Source of the DNA: Vicugna vicugna
Lineage: Eukaryota
Length of the DNA: 64,000 bases
Reading direction: 5' to 3'
Assembly: GCA_013265495.1 (NCBI GenBank)
Contig: MU058198.1
Span: forward strand, 6,711,779-6,775,778
The notes beneath the pieces were generated by a model. The model made no database searches and was not told the origin of the DNA. It saw nothing but the letters and a program-made list of their open reading frames with translations. How positions within the stretch are numbered: the stretch's first letter is position 1; each line of letters opens with the position of its first letter. Below, piece after piece: positions 11,301 to 23,820 of the stretch. Both the position numbers and the translations under genes were made by a program.

Positions 11301-12037
11301 GAGCGCATTGAATTAAAGAAGAATCCATGCTTACATACTGTTTGCGTGGAAATATACATGCATCCACAGATAAAAAGAAGAAACAGAAGGAATAACTGGA
11401 CTGTGTTCTTCAAAAATGTCCATGGCATGAAAGACAAAGAAAGGTTGAGGAACTGTTCCAGATTAAAGGAGGATAAAGTAACTAACAGCTAGATGAAATA
11501 TTGATCCTGGCCTAAATCCAGAACATAATTGCTATAAAAGACATTGTGGGGAAAATTGATGAATCTGGAATATAGACTATGAAGTACTACGTCCATGATA
11601 AGTTTGCTGAATGTGATAACTCTGTAGATGTACAAGAGTCTATTCTTAGTAAAGTGTTATGGGACAAAGGAACATGATATATGCAACCTACTATTAGATA
11701 GTTCAACTTGTTTATATTCTTTATATACAGAGAAAATGAAACAAATTGACAAAATGTTAGTAACTTGTGAATCTGGGTAAGCATTATACTGAAGTTCTTT
11801 GTAGTAGCCTTTCAATTTCTCTGTAAGTTTGACATTTTAAAATAAGGAATTTACATATAATTAAATAAGTAAAAAGTATCTGACACCCCTAAGGTTAGGG
11901 AAAAGAGTGAGAGTAAACCACCTAATTGTATATACTGAACACCCATAAATTCATTGATAAATTACGGAAGAGTTTTTAGTTCTCAAGAGTACCCTTAGGT
12001 ACTCTAAGGTACTAGTACCCAGTGTTCACTGCATTTT

Positions 12038-12095
12038 CTAAAACATTTTTTTATTGAGTTATTGTCACTTTACAGTGTTGTGTCAAATTCCAGTG
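12038..12095 (-). mobile_element. Ultra-short L1 3'-end insertion with 14-bp TSD
   Basis: GTTCACTGCATTTT at 12024-12037 and 12096-12109; insert is the reverse complement of the same 3' end seen at 3200-3260. Confidence 0.7.
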
Positions 12096-12493
12096 GTTCA
12101 CTGCATTTTATTCAGGTGTATCTGGGAAGTAATTCCAGTTTGAGGGTCCAGTGACACCAGACTTCATTCGTATGAAACAGAGGCCATATTCCTCGCTTAA
12201 GACATGTCAAGAGAGAGTGGCTGAGGCAGCAAGATAAGATATTCATTATGATGAAATCCAACTTGACTCCATCTCCCTGACACATATCCTCCAGGGGTAC
12301 TTTTCCTTCACAAAAGCCTGAATGTTTCCCAAGAAGAGGCAGCATCTGATAGCAGAAAGAATACAGGGTGTATCCCAGGAGACAAAAATTGTAGCTCTGT
12401 CTTTGTCTCTTATTAGCTCTACTGATTAGGACAAGGGATTGGACTTCTGGGGCACCCATCTCAATCTATAAAAGGAGAGGCTGGATTAGAGGA

Positions 12494-12800
12494 AGGGTCC
12501 CAAACTCGAATGCCTGCATGAGACAGGTAATAAAAAAGGCTGAAACAAGGAGGCACCATGAAACTGGAGAGCATGTGGCCTTGTCTAAAAGGGGTGCGTG
12601 CTTCTCAGCTCCAGCCAACATCTGCCAGGCAGGGATGTGTCCCAATGTTGCCAGAGATCTTGATTTTTTTTTTTTAAAGAAGCCAGAAGTCTGGATTTTT
12701 TAAAAAATTGAAATCTCCCGATTTTTCTCTTCTTTTTTTGGAGAAATCTTTTGTGTGCCAAACAATACATGCCTGCAAGCCACCAATGTGCAGCCACTGC
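12494..12800 (+). mobile_element. hAT-type MITE relic (MER103-like)
   Basis: AGGGTCCCAAACTCGAATGCCTGCA...GTTGCCAGA...AGAAGCCAGAAGTCTGGATTTT. Confidence 0.45.
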
Positions 12801-13929
12801 ATTGGATGCTCCCCAACTGCTATTCTTCACCAATTAGAGTGTAACCTTGCAGCCAAGGTTCTTCTAATGCGGCTCATGCTATGGTTCTTTCTACTGCCGA
12901 CAAACGTCTTTGCCATCCGAATAGGGTGTGAGGACCTGCTTCAACCTTCACAAGAATGTGGGTGCACCCTAGCTACGCCTTTGCAATCAGTTTGGAGCAT
13001 GAGCTCTCTTTCTGAGCAAATCTTCCATCTCCTTCTCAAGAGAAGGCTCTGTATTTCTCATTTCTCTCCCAATGGAACTCCATGCAAAGATCTCCATAAT
13101 TGCCTCCATAATTGCCTCCTTCAGGAGGAAAGGAAGGGAGCAGAAGACATACTAATAGATGCCCTATCCACCCTTTTTCACTCATTCACTGCTTCTGGCA
13201 CCCGTTCATCAAACATTCCTTCACTTCTAGGACCTGGCTCTCATTTGTCTTCCCTGATCAGTCTCTCATGTTTCTCTTTCTCTGAACATAGCCTCAAAGA
13301 TTGACCTCATTTTCTCTTACAAATTCAAGGTCTCTCCTTCCATCTCCTTCTAGGAACTTCTCCATTCTTCAAAAAACATCTGTATCTCCTGCTAGCGTCT
13401 GGCCCCCGAGTCCCTTTGCACTTTCCTGGGCTTTGCCTTTCAGCATTTACACACTTTGTTTTTATCTCCTCCATCTTCCAGTAACCCAGAGAACAGTGGG
13501 GTCCAGTACCCCTGCCTTCTGGGAGCTCCAGCCCACATGATAATACGGGCTATACTTCCAAGTCTACCTCAAGGACAGGAACCCAGTTTTCTGTGGCACC
13601 TCTTCCCTGTCCTCTCCATTTGCTTCTTTTCAGACTTTGGAGACTGGGAATATATAAGGATGCTAGAGTAAAGAAGTTTCTCCTTCAAAACAGATCATTG
13701 CCTAATTTTCTCCTCTCCATGTCCAAAATCCCAATTTCCGCAACAAAGGCAACAAGGTTCCTGCCTTTCTCAAGCTGTCCCTCTCCCAGTCCACATCACC
13801 AGGCCCCCAACTTCCATTTCTTTTCTCACTCTGGGCTCCTCAATCTTGGTCCTTCTCTACCACAAAAACCTCTATGTTTCTTCAGATGTAGAAAATCACA
13901 CAGCCAGGGAAGTGATGGTCATCAAAATA

Positions 13930-15503
13930 GCCAAGATGATATTCCTCTGGTTCATCATAGCTCCGAAAACCCTGCCACCACTGCCAGTTTCCTGACCATG
14001 GATCGGGGAGCCATTGTGGGGATCCTTCCAGCTGCTATCAATGTCTATTCCAATTATATCCTTAGGAACTTGGAAATAATCGCAGGATGGGATCATGGAT
14101 CTGAGCCTTCTGTGAACTGGGTTTGAGCTAAGACTCCATCTATTATATGATCACCTTAAGTCCCCACTTTGGTGAGCCACAGCAGCATTTGGATCCCCAG
14201 GAATTAGCATCAGTACTAATTGATGCTAATTACCAGTCTTCAAAAGCTGTGGGTATTTTCTTCTCCCCAATGAACAGTCACTCCAGTAAACGGGCCAGTT
14301 TCTTTCTCAAGGACACCCACTCTCCCCTTCAATCAGAAGGCTCTGGATCTATGCTGACTTAGGTCTGGAAACTGGGAGAGAGATCATGGTGCTCCACTGC
14401 AGTGACTCAAGTTAGGTTTTTGGCTACCGGAGCAAGATTTTTTTTCCCCTCTGTTACACAGATCAAGCAATTTTTTAGTAAGCTTCTCATCTATTTGTTT
14501 TTAGAAACATGGCGACTAATTAGCCACTGCCAAAGACTGGCAATGGGTCAAGGCATTCCAGTTAATGGTATATCCCTGCTACCCTTTACAGCCTCATGGA
14601 ATGTATTAAGAGTGGTATGTTGATTGCACGTGATAAATCTACTCCGAAATTCCTATCTCCCTGAGCCTTTGGACTCTCTACTCTACATCATGGCAGGGAA
14701 GTTCTGGTGTCTCCACTTCACTAAAGGTAGGCCACTGTTAAGTTCAAGTTTCAGTCAACTTACTATGTAGGGGGAAGAGAAAAGCTCATAGTGGTAGAGT
14801 GCATGCTTAGCACTCTGGGTTCAATCCCCAGTACCTCCTCGATAAATAAACCTAATTACCCACCCACCCCCAAAAAACAACTAAAAAAAAAAAGGTAAAC
14901 TTATTATGTAAACTAAACTGTTAGAGTCACCTGCAGCTGCATGAGCCAACACATTAAATCCAGACTCTTGAGCAAGTGCACCCGTATCAATGAATTCAAT
15001 CCAACCCAGTGCAAAACTTAGTCTAACACTCTTAGGATCCCCTTCTACACAAATTCCCCAGGTTTCTGCTGATATATGTCAGCAAAGTCTTGCAATTCTT
15101 TTGCTGTGTAAATTATTTCCTCCTCAGATACAGTGTGCACCTAAATCCTCTGGAGCCCACTGAGATTTAACCCGTTATGGGTCTAATGGAAACAAGAGCA
15201 GTTGTGGTGATTTTCAGGAGGATGAGTATCTCCTTCCGAGGTATCTAAGTATCTGTCCCAGGTGAGGTTCTCAGTTTTCAAGCAGGAAACACTAGTCTCC
15301 TTAGACATCAGAAGGCAAGGTAACTTCTACTGGCAAAGGAGGCCCAGAAAATTTGGGTATTCAAGATTATGTTTCATCATGGTTCCATAAGACATCCCTA
15401 TTCCAAGTATCAGCATCCTCGAATCTTTCCCAAGCAGTGCCCAGAATTACACATAAGAAACTTGTGAGACTGAATTTCACTGTCATTGTAATTCATCAAC
15501 TCA
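13930..15503 (-). mobile_element. Decayed ERV-L internal segment (gag-pro)
   Basis: Minus-strand remnants resemble ERV-L Gag (KELQDFADIYQQKPGE, EFIDTG) and the protease region (LIPGDP, VPKDIIGIDIDSSWKDPHNGS); many stops and frameshifts. Confidence 0.75.
14770..14894 (+). mobile_element. Vic-1-like SINE inserted in ERV-L
   Basis: A/B boxes and A tail; TSD GT(C/A)AACTTA(C/T)TATGTA at 14754-14769 and 14895-14910. Confidence 0.8.
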
Positions 15504-15504
15504 C

Positions 15505-18500
15505 TTTTTAAACCAGCTTAATTGAAGTATAATTGAAAGACAATAAATTGTACATATTTAAAGTGCAAAATTTAGTATGTTTTGACATATGTATGCAACC
15601 ATGAGGCCCTAACCACAATTACAAGAGTGAACATATACATCACCTCGAAAGTTTCTTTGTGACCCTCTGTAATCTGTCTCACCTGCCCCCCTCCAAGCCT
15701 CCCATCCCCAAGCAACCATTGATCTGCTTTATGTCACTACAGATTGCATTTTCTAGAGTGGGAGTTGGCAAACATTTTCTGTAAAAGGCCAAGAATAAAT
15801 ATTTTAGGCATTGTGGGACAATAGGCAAAAATGAGGATATTTTAGGTACTTGTATAACAAGGGAGAAGACAATTTTTTATTTGTGAAAAATGTGTGTGAT
15901 CTTTAGGATTTCCTACATTTAAAAAGATCATGTCATCTGCAAACAAATAATTCTACCTTTTCCTCTCCAGTTTGGATGACTTTTGTTCTTTTTCTTGACT
16001 AATTGCTCTGGCTAGAACTTCCATTACTGTGTTGAATAGAAGTGGCAAAAGCAGGCATTCTTGCCTTGTTCCTGATCTTAAAAGAAAAGCTTTCTGTCTT
16101 TCACCATTGACCATGCTGTTTGCTGTGGGTTTTTCATGTATGGCTTTTTATTATACTGAGGTAATTTCCTTCTATTCATAGTTTAAGGGTTTTTTTTTTA
16201 TCATTAAAGGGTGTTTGATTTTGTCAGATGCTTCTTCTGCATCAGTTGAGATGATTTTTTTTTGCTTCATTCTGTTATTGTGGTGTATTACATTGGTTTT
16301 CAAATGATGAAACATCCTTATTTTCCAGGAATAATTTCCACTTGGTCAGAGCATACAATCCCTTTAATATGCTGCTGAATTTGGTTTGCTAGTATTTTGT
16401 TGAGGATTTTTGCATCAATGTTCATAAGGGATATTGGTTTGTAATTTTCTTGTAGTCTCTTTGTTTTTTCTATCAGGGCAATGCTGGCCCCATAGAATGA
16501 GTTAGGAAGTGCTCCCTCCTCTTCAGTTTTTGGGAAAATTTTGAGAAGGATTGGTGTTAGTTCTTCTGTAAAGGTTTAGTAGAATTCACCAGTGAAGTCA
16601 TCAGGTCCAGAGCTTTTCTTTGATGGGGGATCTTTCATTACTGACTCGATCCCCTCACTAATTATAGGTCTGCTTGGATCTTCTATTTCTACATGATCCA
16701 GTCTTGGTTTTGTATGTCTAGGAATTTGTTCATTTCATCTAGCTCCTTCAAATTATTGTCATACATTGTTATAGTACTGTCACCCTTTTTATTTCTGTAG
16801 AATTGGTAGTAATGTTCTCACTTCCATTTCTCGATTTAGTAATTTGATTCTTCTTTCTCTTTTTTCCCTTAGCCAATCTAGCTAAAGGTTGATCTTTGTT
16901 GAAGAACCAAGTTTTGGTTTTGTTCATTTTCTCTATTGTATTTCTACCCTCTATGTAATTTATCTCTGCTACAACTTTTCTTACTTCTTTCCTTCTGCTC
17001 GCTTTGAGTTGGTTGATGTTCTCCTTTCTCTTGTTCCTTAAGTTGTCAAGTTAAGTTGCTGATTTGAGATCTTTCTCTTTTTCTAATGTAAACATTTATA
17101 GCTGTAAATTTCCCCTTGGCGCTGCTTTCACCATGTCTAATAACTTTTAGTCAGCTGTGTTACCATTTCATTCATTTCTAAGTACTTTCTAACTTCTCTT
17201 GTGATTTCTTATTTTACCATTGGTTGTTTTAAGAGCATAAAATTTATTTCCACAAATTTGTGAATTTTCCAGTTTTCCTTCTTTATTGATTTCTAACTTC
17301 ATCCTGTTTTGTTTGGAGAAGATATTCTGTATGATATCCATCTTTAAAAAACCTACTGATATTTAATTTGTGGTTACCAGGGGTTGTGGATAGGGAAAAT
17401 GGAGAGAAACTGCTTAATGAATAAGGGGTTTTACTTTGGAGTGATGAAAATGTTTTAAAACTAGATAGAAGTGGTGGTTGTACAACATTGTGAATGCCAG
17501 TAAACTGTTCACTTTAAAATGGTTATTTTGTTATTTCACCTTAATAATTTTTAAGTAAAAAAAATAGATAATTTCAATGGAACATACTGGGCACCAAGAC
17601 AGGTTTTGTTCTCATCCTTTGAAAACTATTCTCTTTGAAAGATGAGGAAAGCAAGGTCATGGAAAGGGAAGTGAGTCCCAGGGCATGTTTGTGGAAGAAA
17701 GCGTCAGAGGCAGGTTGAGGGAGGGTATAGCTCAGTGGTAGAGTGCATGCTTAGCATGCATGAGGTCCTGGGTTCACTTCCCAGGTCCTCCATTACAATA
17801 AATAAATACAGAAAACTCATTACTGCCCCCACCAAAGACCCTGGGAAAACAACTTTCTCTTACTGTATTTTAATTTCCTCATCTTGCAAATGTGCAGAGT
17901 TGACTACAACACCCTGACAGTCCCTTCAAGTTCTAGCATCATACATTTTTTTAATATTCATTAGCTGTGTGGCCTCAAGCAATTAAAACTCCCTGATTTT
18001 CATGACAACATAGCATATTTCATACTTAAATAGCTTTTTACAAACCATACTATCATAGATCTTGTTCAATCTTGTGTGCCAGTGATGTAGACATGGAGAA
18101 ACTGAAGCTCAGAGAGGTTGAGAGAAATCTGCCCCAGATCACACCTACACACAGTTGTGAAAAGGAACCAAATCCAGGTTCTAGCCCTGCATCTCCCACA
18201 CCACTCTGTCCTTCCTATCCACAGGGTTGTCACCAACCCAAGAAAGGCAAACAAGCCATGTAGAGTATTTCATAGGGGTATCCTCAATGCTCTAAACCTC
18301 TTTGAGACCGCTCTGTCCATATGGTAAGTGTATAAGTCGTTAAGAAAGTGCCAAACTATTTTCCAGAGTGGTTATGCCATTTTTACATTCCCACCAACAG
18401 TGTATGAGAGTTCTACTTCCTCCACACCCTCCCCATTTAGTATTGTCAATCTTGTTTAGACATTCTAATACGTGTGCAGTAGTGTCTCATGGTTTTACTT

Positions 18501-21500
18501 TTTATTTCCCTAATAACTAATGATGTTAAGCCTCCTTCTGATGTGATCATTGGCCATTAATATATGTTCCTTGCTGAAGTGTCTGTTCAAATCTTTTACC
18601 CATTTAAAAATTGGGTTGTGTCATTTTCTTATTGAGTTTTGAGAGTTCTTATATATTCTGGATGCAAGTCCTTTATCAGATATGTGACTTGCAAATTTCT
18701 CCCAGTCTGTAGGTTGTCTTTTCATTCCCTTACCAGCGACTTTTGAAGAATAAAAGTTCTCAGTTTTGATGGTCCAATTTATTTTTTTTCTTCTGTGAAT
18801 CATGTTTTTCGCATTATATCGGATACATCTTTGCTTAACTCATGGTCACAAAGATTTCTACCAATGTTTCCTTCAAATAGTTTTATAGGTTTAAGTTTTA
18901 TATTTAGGCCTTTGATCCACTTTTATTTTATTGTGGTGAAAGATACACAGATGAAGTTTACCATTAAAAAGAAACTATTTTTAAGAGCAGTTTTAGGTTT
19001 ACAGCAAAATTGTGCAGAAGATACAGAAATTTCCCATTTACTGCCTGCTCCCACACACATACAGCCTCCCTCGTTATCAATGTCCCCCTCCCAGTGGTAC
19101 ATTTGTTACAATCAATGAACTGACACATTATTATCACCCAAAGAACATAATTTACATTAGGGTTCACTCTTGGTGTTATACATTCCATGGGTCTGGAGGA
19201 ATGTTTAATGACATGTATCCATTATCACAGCATCATAGAGTAGTTTCACTGCCCTTAAAATCCTTTGTGCTCCACCTGTTCATCCCTCCCTCTCCCCTAA
19301 TCCCTGGCAACCACTGATCTTTTTATTGTCTCCATAGCTGTGCCTTTTACAGAATGTTATACATTTGGAATCATACAATAGGTAACCTTTTCATATTCTT
19401 AGGAACGCATTGTTAAGTTCCCTCCTTTTTTTTTTCATGGCTTGATAGTTGATTTCATTTTAGTGCTGAAAAATACACCATCGTCTGGACATACCAGTTT
19501 GTTTATCCATTTGCCTACTAAAGGACATCTTGGTTGTTTCCAAGTTTTCACGATGATGAATAAAGATGTTATAAATACCCATGTGCAGCTTTTTTCGTAG
19601 AAGTACATTTTAAACTCCTTTGGTAGATACCAACGAGCACGACTGCTGGATGCTGGATGGTTAAGAGTATGTTTAGTTTTGTAAGAAACTGTCAAAACTG
19701 TCTTCCAGAGTTGCTGTATCATTTTGCTTTCCCACCAGCAAAGAATAAAATTTCCTGTTGCTCCACATCATTGCCAGCATTTGTTAGTGTTCTGGAATCC
19801 GGCCATTTTAATACGTGTATAATAGTAATTTTTAACCATTATTAAGTACACAAAATACAGTGGCATTAAGTACACATCACTACGATGTATTTCCAAAACT
19901 TTTTCTTTCCTCACTCAAAATAAACCCTGTAGCCATTAGTAGTAACTCCAGCCCCCAGCCCCTGGTGACTTCTATTCTCCTTCCTGCCTCTATGAATTTG
20001 CCCATTCTAGATTCCTCATAGGGGTGGACTATTAGAATATTTGTTCTTTGTGTCTGGCTTATTTCACTTAGCATAGTATTTTCAAGGTTCATCCCTGTTG
20101 TAGCATGTATCAGGACTTTATTCCTTTTTAAGGCTAATTATCCACTTCATGTATATACCATATCTTGTTTGTCCATTTCTCCGTGGATAAATATTTGGGT
20201 CGATTTCATCTTTTGGCTATGGTAATGCTGCAATGAGCACTGGTGTAGAGGTATCAACTTGAGTTCTTGTTTTCAACTCTTCTGGGTATATACATAGGAG
20301 TACAATTGCTGGATCATATGGTAATTCCGTTCAGTTTTTGGAGAAAGCACCAAACTGTCTTCCACAGTAGACTCACTCTTTTACACTCCTACTTGCAATG
20401 TATGAGAGTTCCAATTTCTCTACGTCCTCACCAGCACTCATTTTCTATGTGATAGTAGCCATCCTAATAGGTGTGAAGGTTTGTGGTTTCGATTTGCATT
20501 TCCTGAAGATTAGTAATGCTGAGCATCTTTTCATGTGCCTATTGGCCATTTGTCCTTTGCTCATTTAAAAATTTTTTTGTTTTTAGGAAGTCTTTGTGTA
20601 TTCTGCATATTAGGTCCTTGATTTGCAAATTTCTCCCATTCTGTGCGTTGTCTTCTCACCGTTGGTAGTGTCCTTTGATGCACACACAACTGACTTATTG
20701 TGTGTTGTGTACCTTGTAATTTTGCCGAATTTGTTTGCTCAACTAGCTTTCTTGTGGATTCTTTGGAATTTTCTCTATATAAGATCACCTCATCTGTGAA
20801 TACTTTTTCCTTTCCAACTTGGATGCCTTTTCTTTTTCCTAATTGGTTTGGCCCACACTTCTAGTATAATGTTGAATAGCAATGATGAAAGTGAACATCG
20901 TTTTCTTGTTCCTGAATTGGGGGGGGGGGGACGCTTTGTCTTTCACGAGTGTGTCAGCTGTCAGTTTTTCATAAACACCCTTTGTCATGTTAAGGAAGCT
21001 TCCTTCTATTCTTAGTTCTCCCATGTTTTATCATGAAAGGACATTGCATTTTGTCAAATGCCTTTTCTCCATCAACTGAGCTGATCATATGGGTTTTTCT
21101 TTATCCTACTAATGTGGTGTATTACATTGACTTTCTTATACTGAACCACCCTTGCATTTCCGCATAAGTCCTTTTGGTCATGGTGTATAATCTTTCTAGT
21201 ATGCTGTTGGATTTAGTTTGCTTTTATTTTTTGCAGAGTCTGCTAAGAACTTCTATCTTTCCATTCACTTAAAGTGTGTTTATAATTCATTTCATGCAGT
21301 ACTGTTACAGTTTTTTATATGAGCTGGTTATCTGTCAATGGACTTTCCCCTTGAGAGTTGGTCACATAGTAATTCTGGATGGTATCCTGGACATTTTGAA
21401 TTTTTGTTGTGAGACTCTAGGTTCTGTCTAAATCCCAAGAACATTTTTGTTTCAGCAGGCAATTTAACCTGTCAGAAAGCTTCGCTGCCTGTGCCACTCA

Positions 21501-21995
21501 TACAGCTCCAGCTCTATGGTGGAGCTGCCCTGGCACCAAAGCAGAAACAGAATGGTGATTTCCCTTCCTCAGACCAGTGTCTCCTTTTCCTCGCTGCTCT
21601 GCCCAGAAGACAAGTTCCAGCTGTCAGAGCTAAACTGCTATGCTATGCAACTTTTGCCTGCTCTTGGGAGAAGGTCAAGAAGGGAAAAAAAACGGTATTT
21701 CCCATTATGGTCTCCGGCTCACAGGGTCCATTTTCCTGACCCTCTGGCCAAAGCTAAGCTGGGTTCTTTTGGGGTTTTTTTTGCAGCCAGACCTTAGAGG
21801 TGAAAGCCACAGAAAAGGAAAAACACCAGGAAACTCAGCTCTGTAGGGACTGCGTAAGTTTTGACTCCTTCTCCCTAACCTAACTGCTTTTATTTTTCAG
21901 AGTCCTCAGGTAAATTTTTGTATTTTTTCCAATTTTTGGTTGTTATCAGTGGGAGATAGTGTAGTGGGCTTAAATATTAACCAGCTCCAGAAGTT
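15505..21995 (-). mobile_element. Cluster of fragmented L1 pieces (mostly antisense) with interleaved SINE, MIR and MER58-like inserts
   Basis: ORF2-like antisense sequence at 15890-17370 and 20690-21240; L1 3' ends at 18320-20690; L1M-type 5' end at 21240-21995. Confidence 0.8.
17717..17830 (+). mobile_element. Vic-1-like SINE
   Basis: GGGAGGGTATAGCTCAGTGGTAGAGTGCATGCTTAGCATGCATGAGGTCCTGGGTTCA. Confidence 0.85.
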
Positions 21996-22006
21996 AGGGG
22001 ACAGCT

Positions 22007-22485
22007 TTTGAGAATTCATGAATCTGTGCTTTCATACAATTTCCCAAGAGCCAATAGTGCTGTTTTCCATTTAAGTTTGCTCAAACTGATGCCAGGAGGT
22101 TACACTTGAGAACAGCGTGAATCTGAGCTTGCTTTCACAAAAATGACTGTCTCAGCTACATGTGCTCAAACTCATGATAGGAAAGTTAACTTTGAGGATT
22201 TATGAATCCCAGCTTCACAAAAACTGGCTCAAACTTACTTCATCCAGATTTGCTTGAACATATTTTTGAGATATTTTGATTGAAGTTTCTTTTAACAAAA
22301 AATGTTTATACTCTGCATTTGCTCAAACACCTGCTGGGAGTCCCGAAAACTCTTGAATCTGATCTTATTTTCCTAAGAGTATTGTTTCAGCTAGATTTGT
22401 ACGATTAACTCACCTTGAGAAATTTTGTGAACTCTTGAAACCTTTTCGAGAAAAACTTGCGAATTTGAGCTTTTCAGCAAAACTG
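22007..22485. repeat. Degenerate tandem array, about 6-7 units of roughly 70-100 bp
   Basis: Recurring TTGAG, TGAATCT/C and GCTCAAAC motifs in the same order. Confidence 0.6.
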
Positions 22486-23384
22486 AAGGGTGTGCATTGG
22501 TAGAGGTCATATTCTGCCTCCCTCCATAAGGCAAGGTTCTGAAGCAAAACCATCCTGAACATATTCTAGGCCTCTGTCAATAATACCATGTGGTACAGCT
22601 CCAGGAGGCACCAATCACTTTGTATCTAGGGCAGGGATTGGGACAAATCTGGTCCATGGATTGTTTTTGTACCAACAGTGAGCCAAGAATGGATTTTACA
22701 TGTTTAAAGAGTTGTTCAAAAGAAAAAAGGTATATGTGACAGATCACACATAGCCTACAGAGTTTAAAATATTTACCAGCTAGCCCTGGACAGAAACAGC
22801 TTTGACAACACTGATGGTTACTGCCTCTAGACTAGAAAAGGGAAACGTAACCCTTGGAACTGGGCAACACAATGGCTCTGCCTTCCACCAAAGAATGCTA
22901 AACAGGCCAAATTCAGTACAAGGCAGCCAGTCTAGAGATGCATGAACTCTTCAGCTTTTCCATCACCTCTCCTCCCTGGTTCTACTACCTCTGTGGCCAC
23001 TCCTCTCTCGCTTCCCTTTCTCCTACCACTCACATGTTGTGCGTTCTACCATCAGCCCTCTCCTCCCCTATGCTGCCCATTCCAGAAATATAATTAGCAC
23101 TAAATACAATGGTTAAGAGCTAGGATCATAGTCAGGCTGCCCTGCTGTGCATCTATCCACCTCACTCCTAGTTACGTGATCTTAAGCAAATCACTTAATG
23201 TCAGTTTCCCAACTATAAAAATGGAAATGATAATAGTAATCTTCTAGAAGGATAAAATGAAGTAAGGCATGTAAAGCACCCAGTAATGATGGCTCTGATA
23301 AATGTTACCCATCAACCATACTTCTGACAACCATTTATAAGCACTTAATCCAAATCTTTTGTTCTTCCCCTTCTCTGACACACT

Positions 23385-23820
23385 ATAACTGTTCCCAGGG
23401 TCCACTCTCCTTGTCTTTTAGTAGTACAACTCCCTAAATTTAAATGAACACACAACTATCCAGACAGAGAGGCTTTTAACCTTCCCCACAGGATGGTAAG
23501 AATTTGATCTAGCCCATGGGATCAGTGTCATTTCCAGGCCCTCTATGTCCTCTTCCCCTTTCTATGGGCTTGAAAAAGGATGTGAGACTGGTAAGCCGGC
23601 TTTAAACCTTATAGATGAGAACAACCACCCAGGGAATGGCGGAGCAGTAAGACAGTGGGACCCTGAGTCCCCAGATGATCTTGCAGTCCAGTTGCTTAAC
23701 CCCAAGCCAGGACCACTCACCTACTTCCGGACTGTCACACGAGAAGTACACTATTTTGCTTGAATCATTGTTTTGCAGTCCCTTTGTTAAAGCAGCTTAG
23801 CCTATCCTGTAATTAATATG
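23385..23820 (+). mobile_element. Old ERVL-class LTR (LTR16/LTR33-like)
   Basis: Ends ...TTTGTTAAAGCAGCTTAGCCTATCCTGTAATTAATA, typical of these LTR 3' ends. Confidence 0.45.

Noticed and set aside
12708..14126. 198-aa and 177-aa plus-strand ORFs
   Set aside because: Non-ATG starts, low-complexity S/L/F/P content from pyrimidine-rich DNA, partly overlapping MITE and ERV-L relics, and no recognisable domain. The origin of 12.86-13.9 kb remains unassigned.
17717..17790. tRNA-like sequence with A and B boxes (also at the other SINE copies)
   Set aside because: Dispersed, diverged copies with A-rich tails and TSDs; these are SINE heads, not tRNA genes.
22007..22485. CRISPR-like reading of the repeat array
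   Set aside because: Repeats are highly degenerate, spacing is irregular, no cas genes are present and the context is mammalian.
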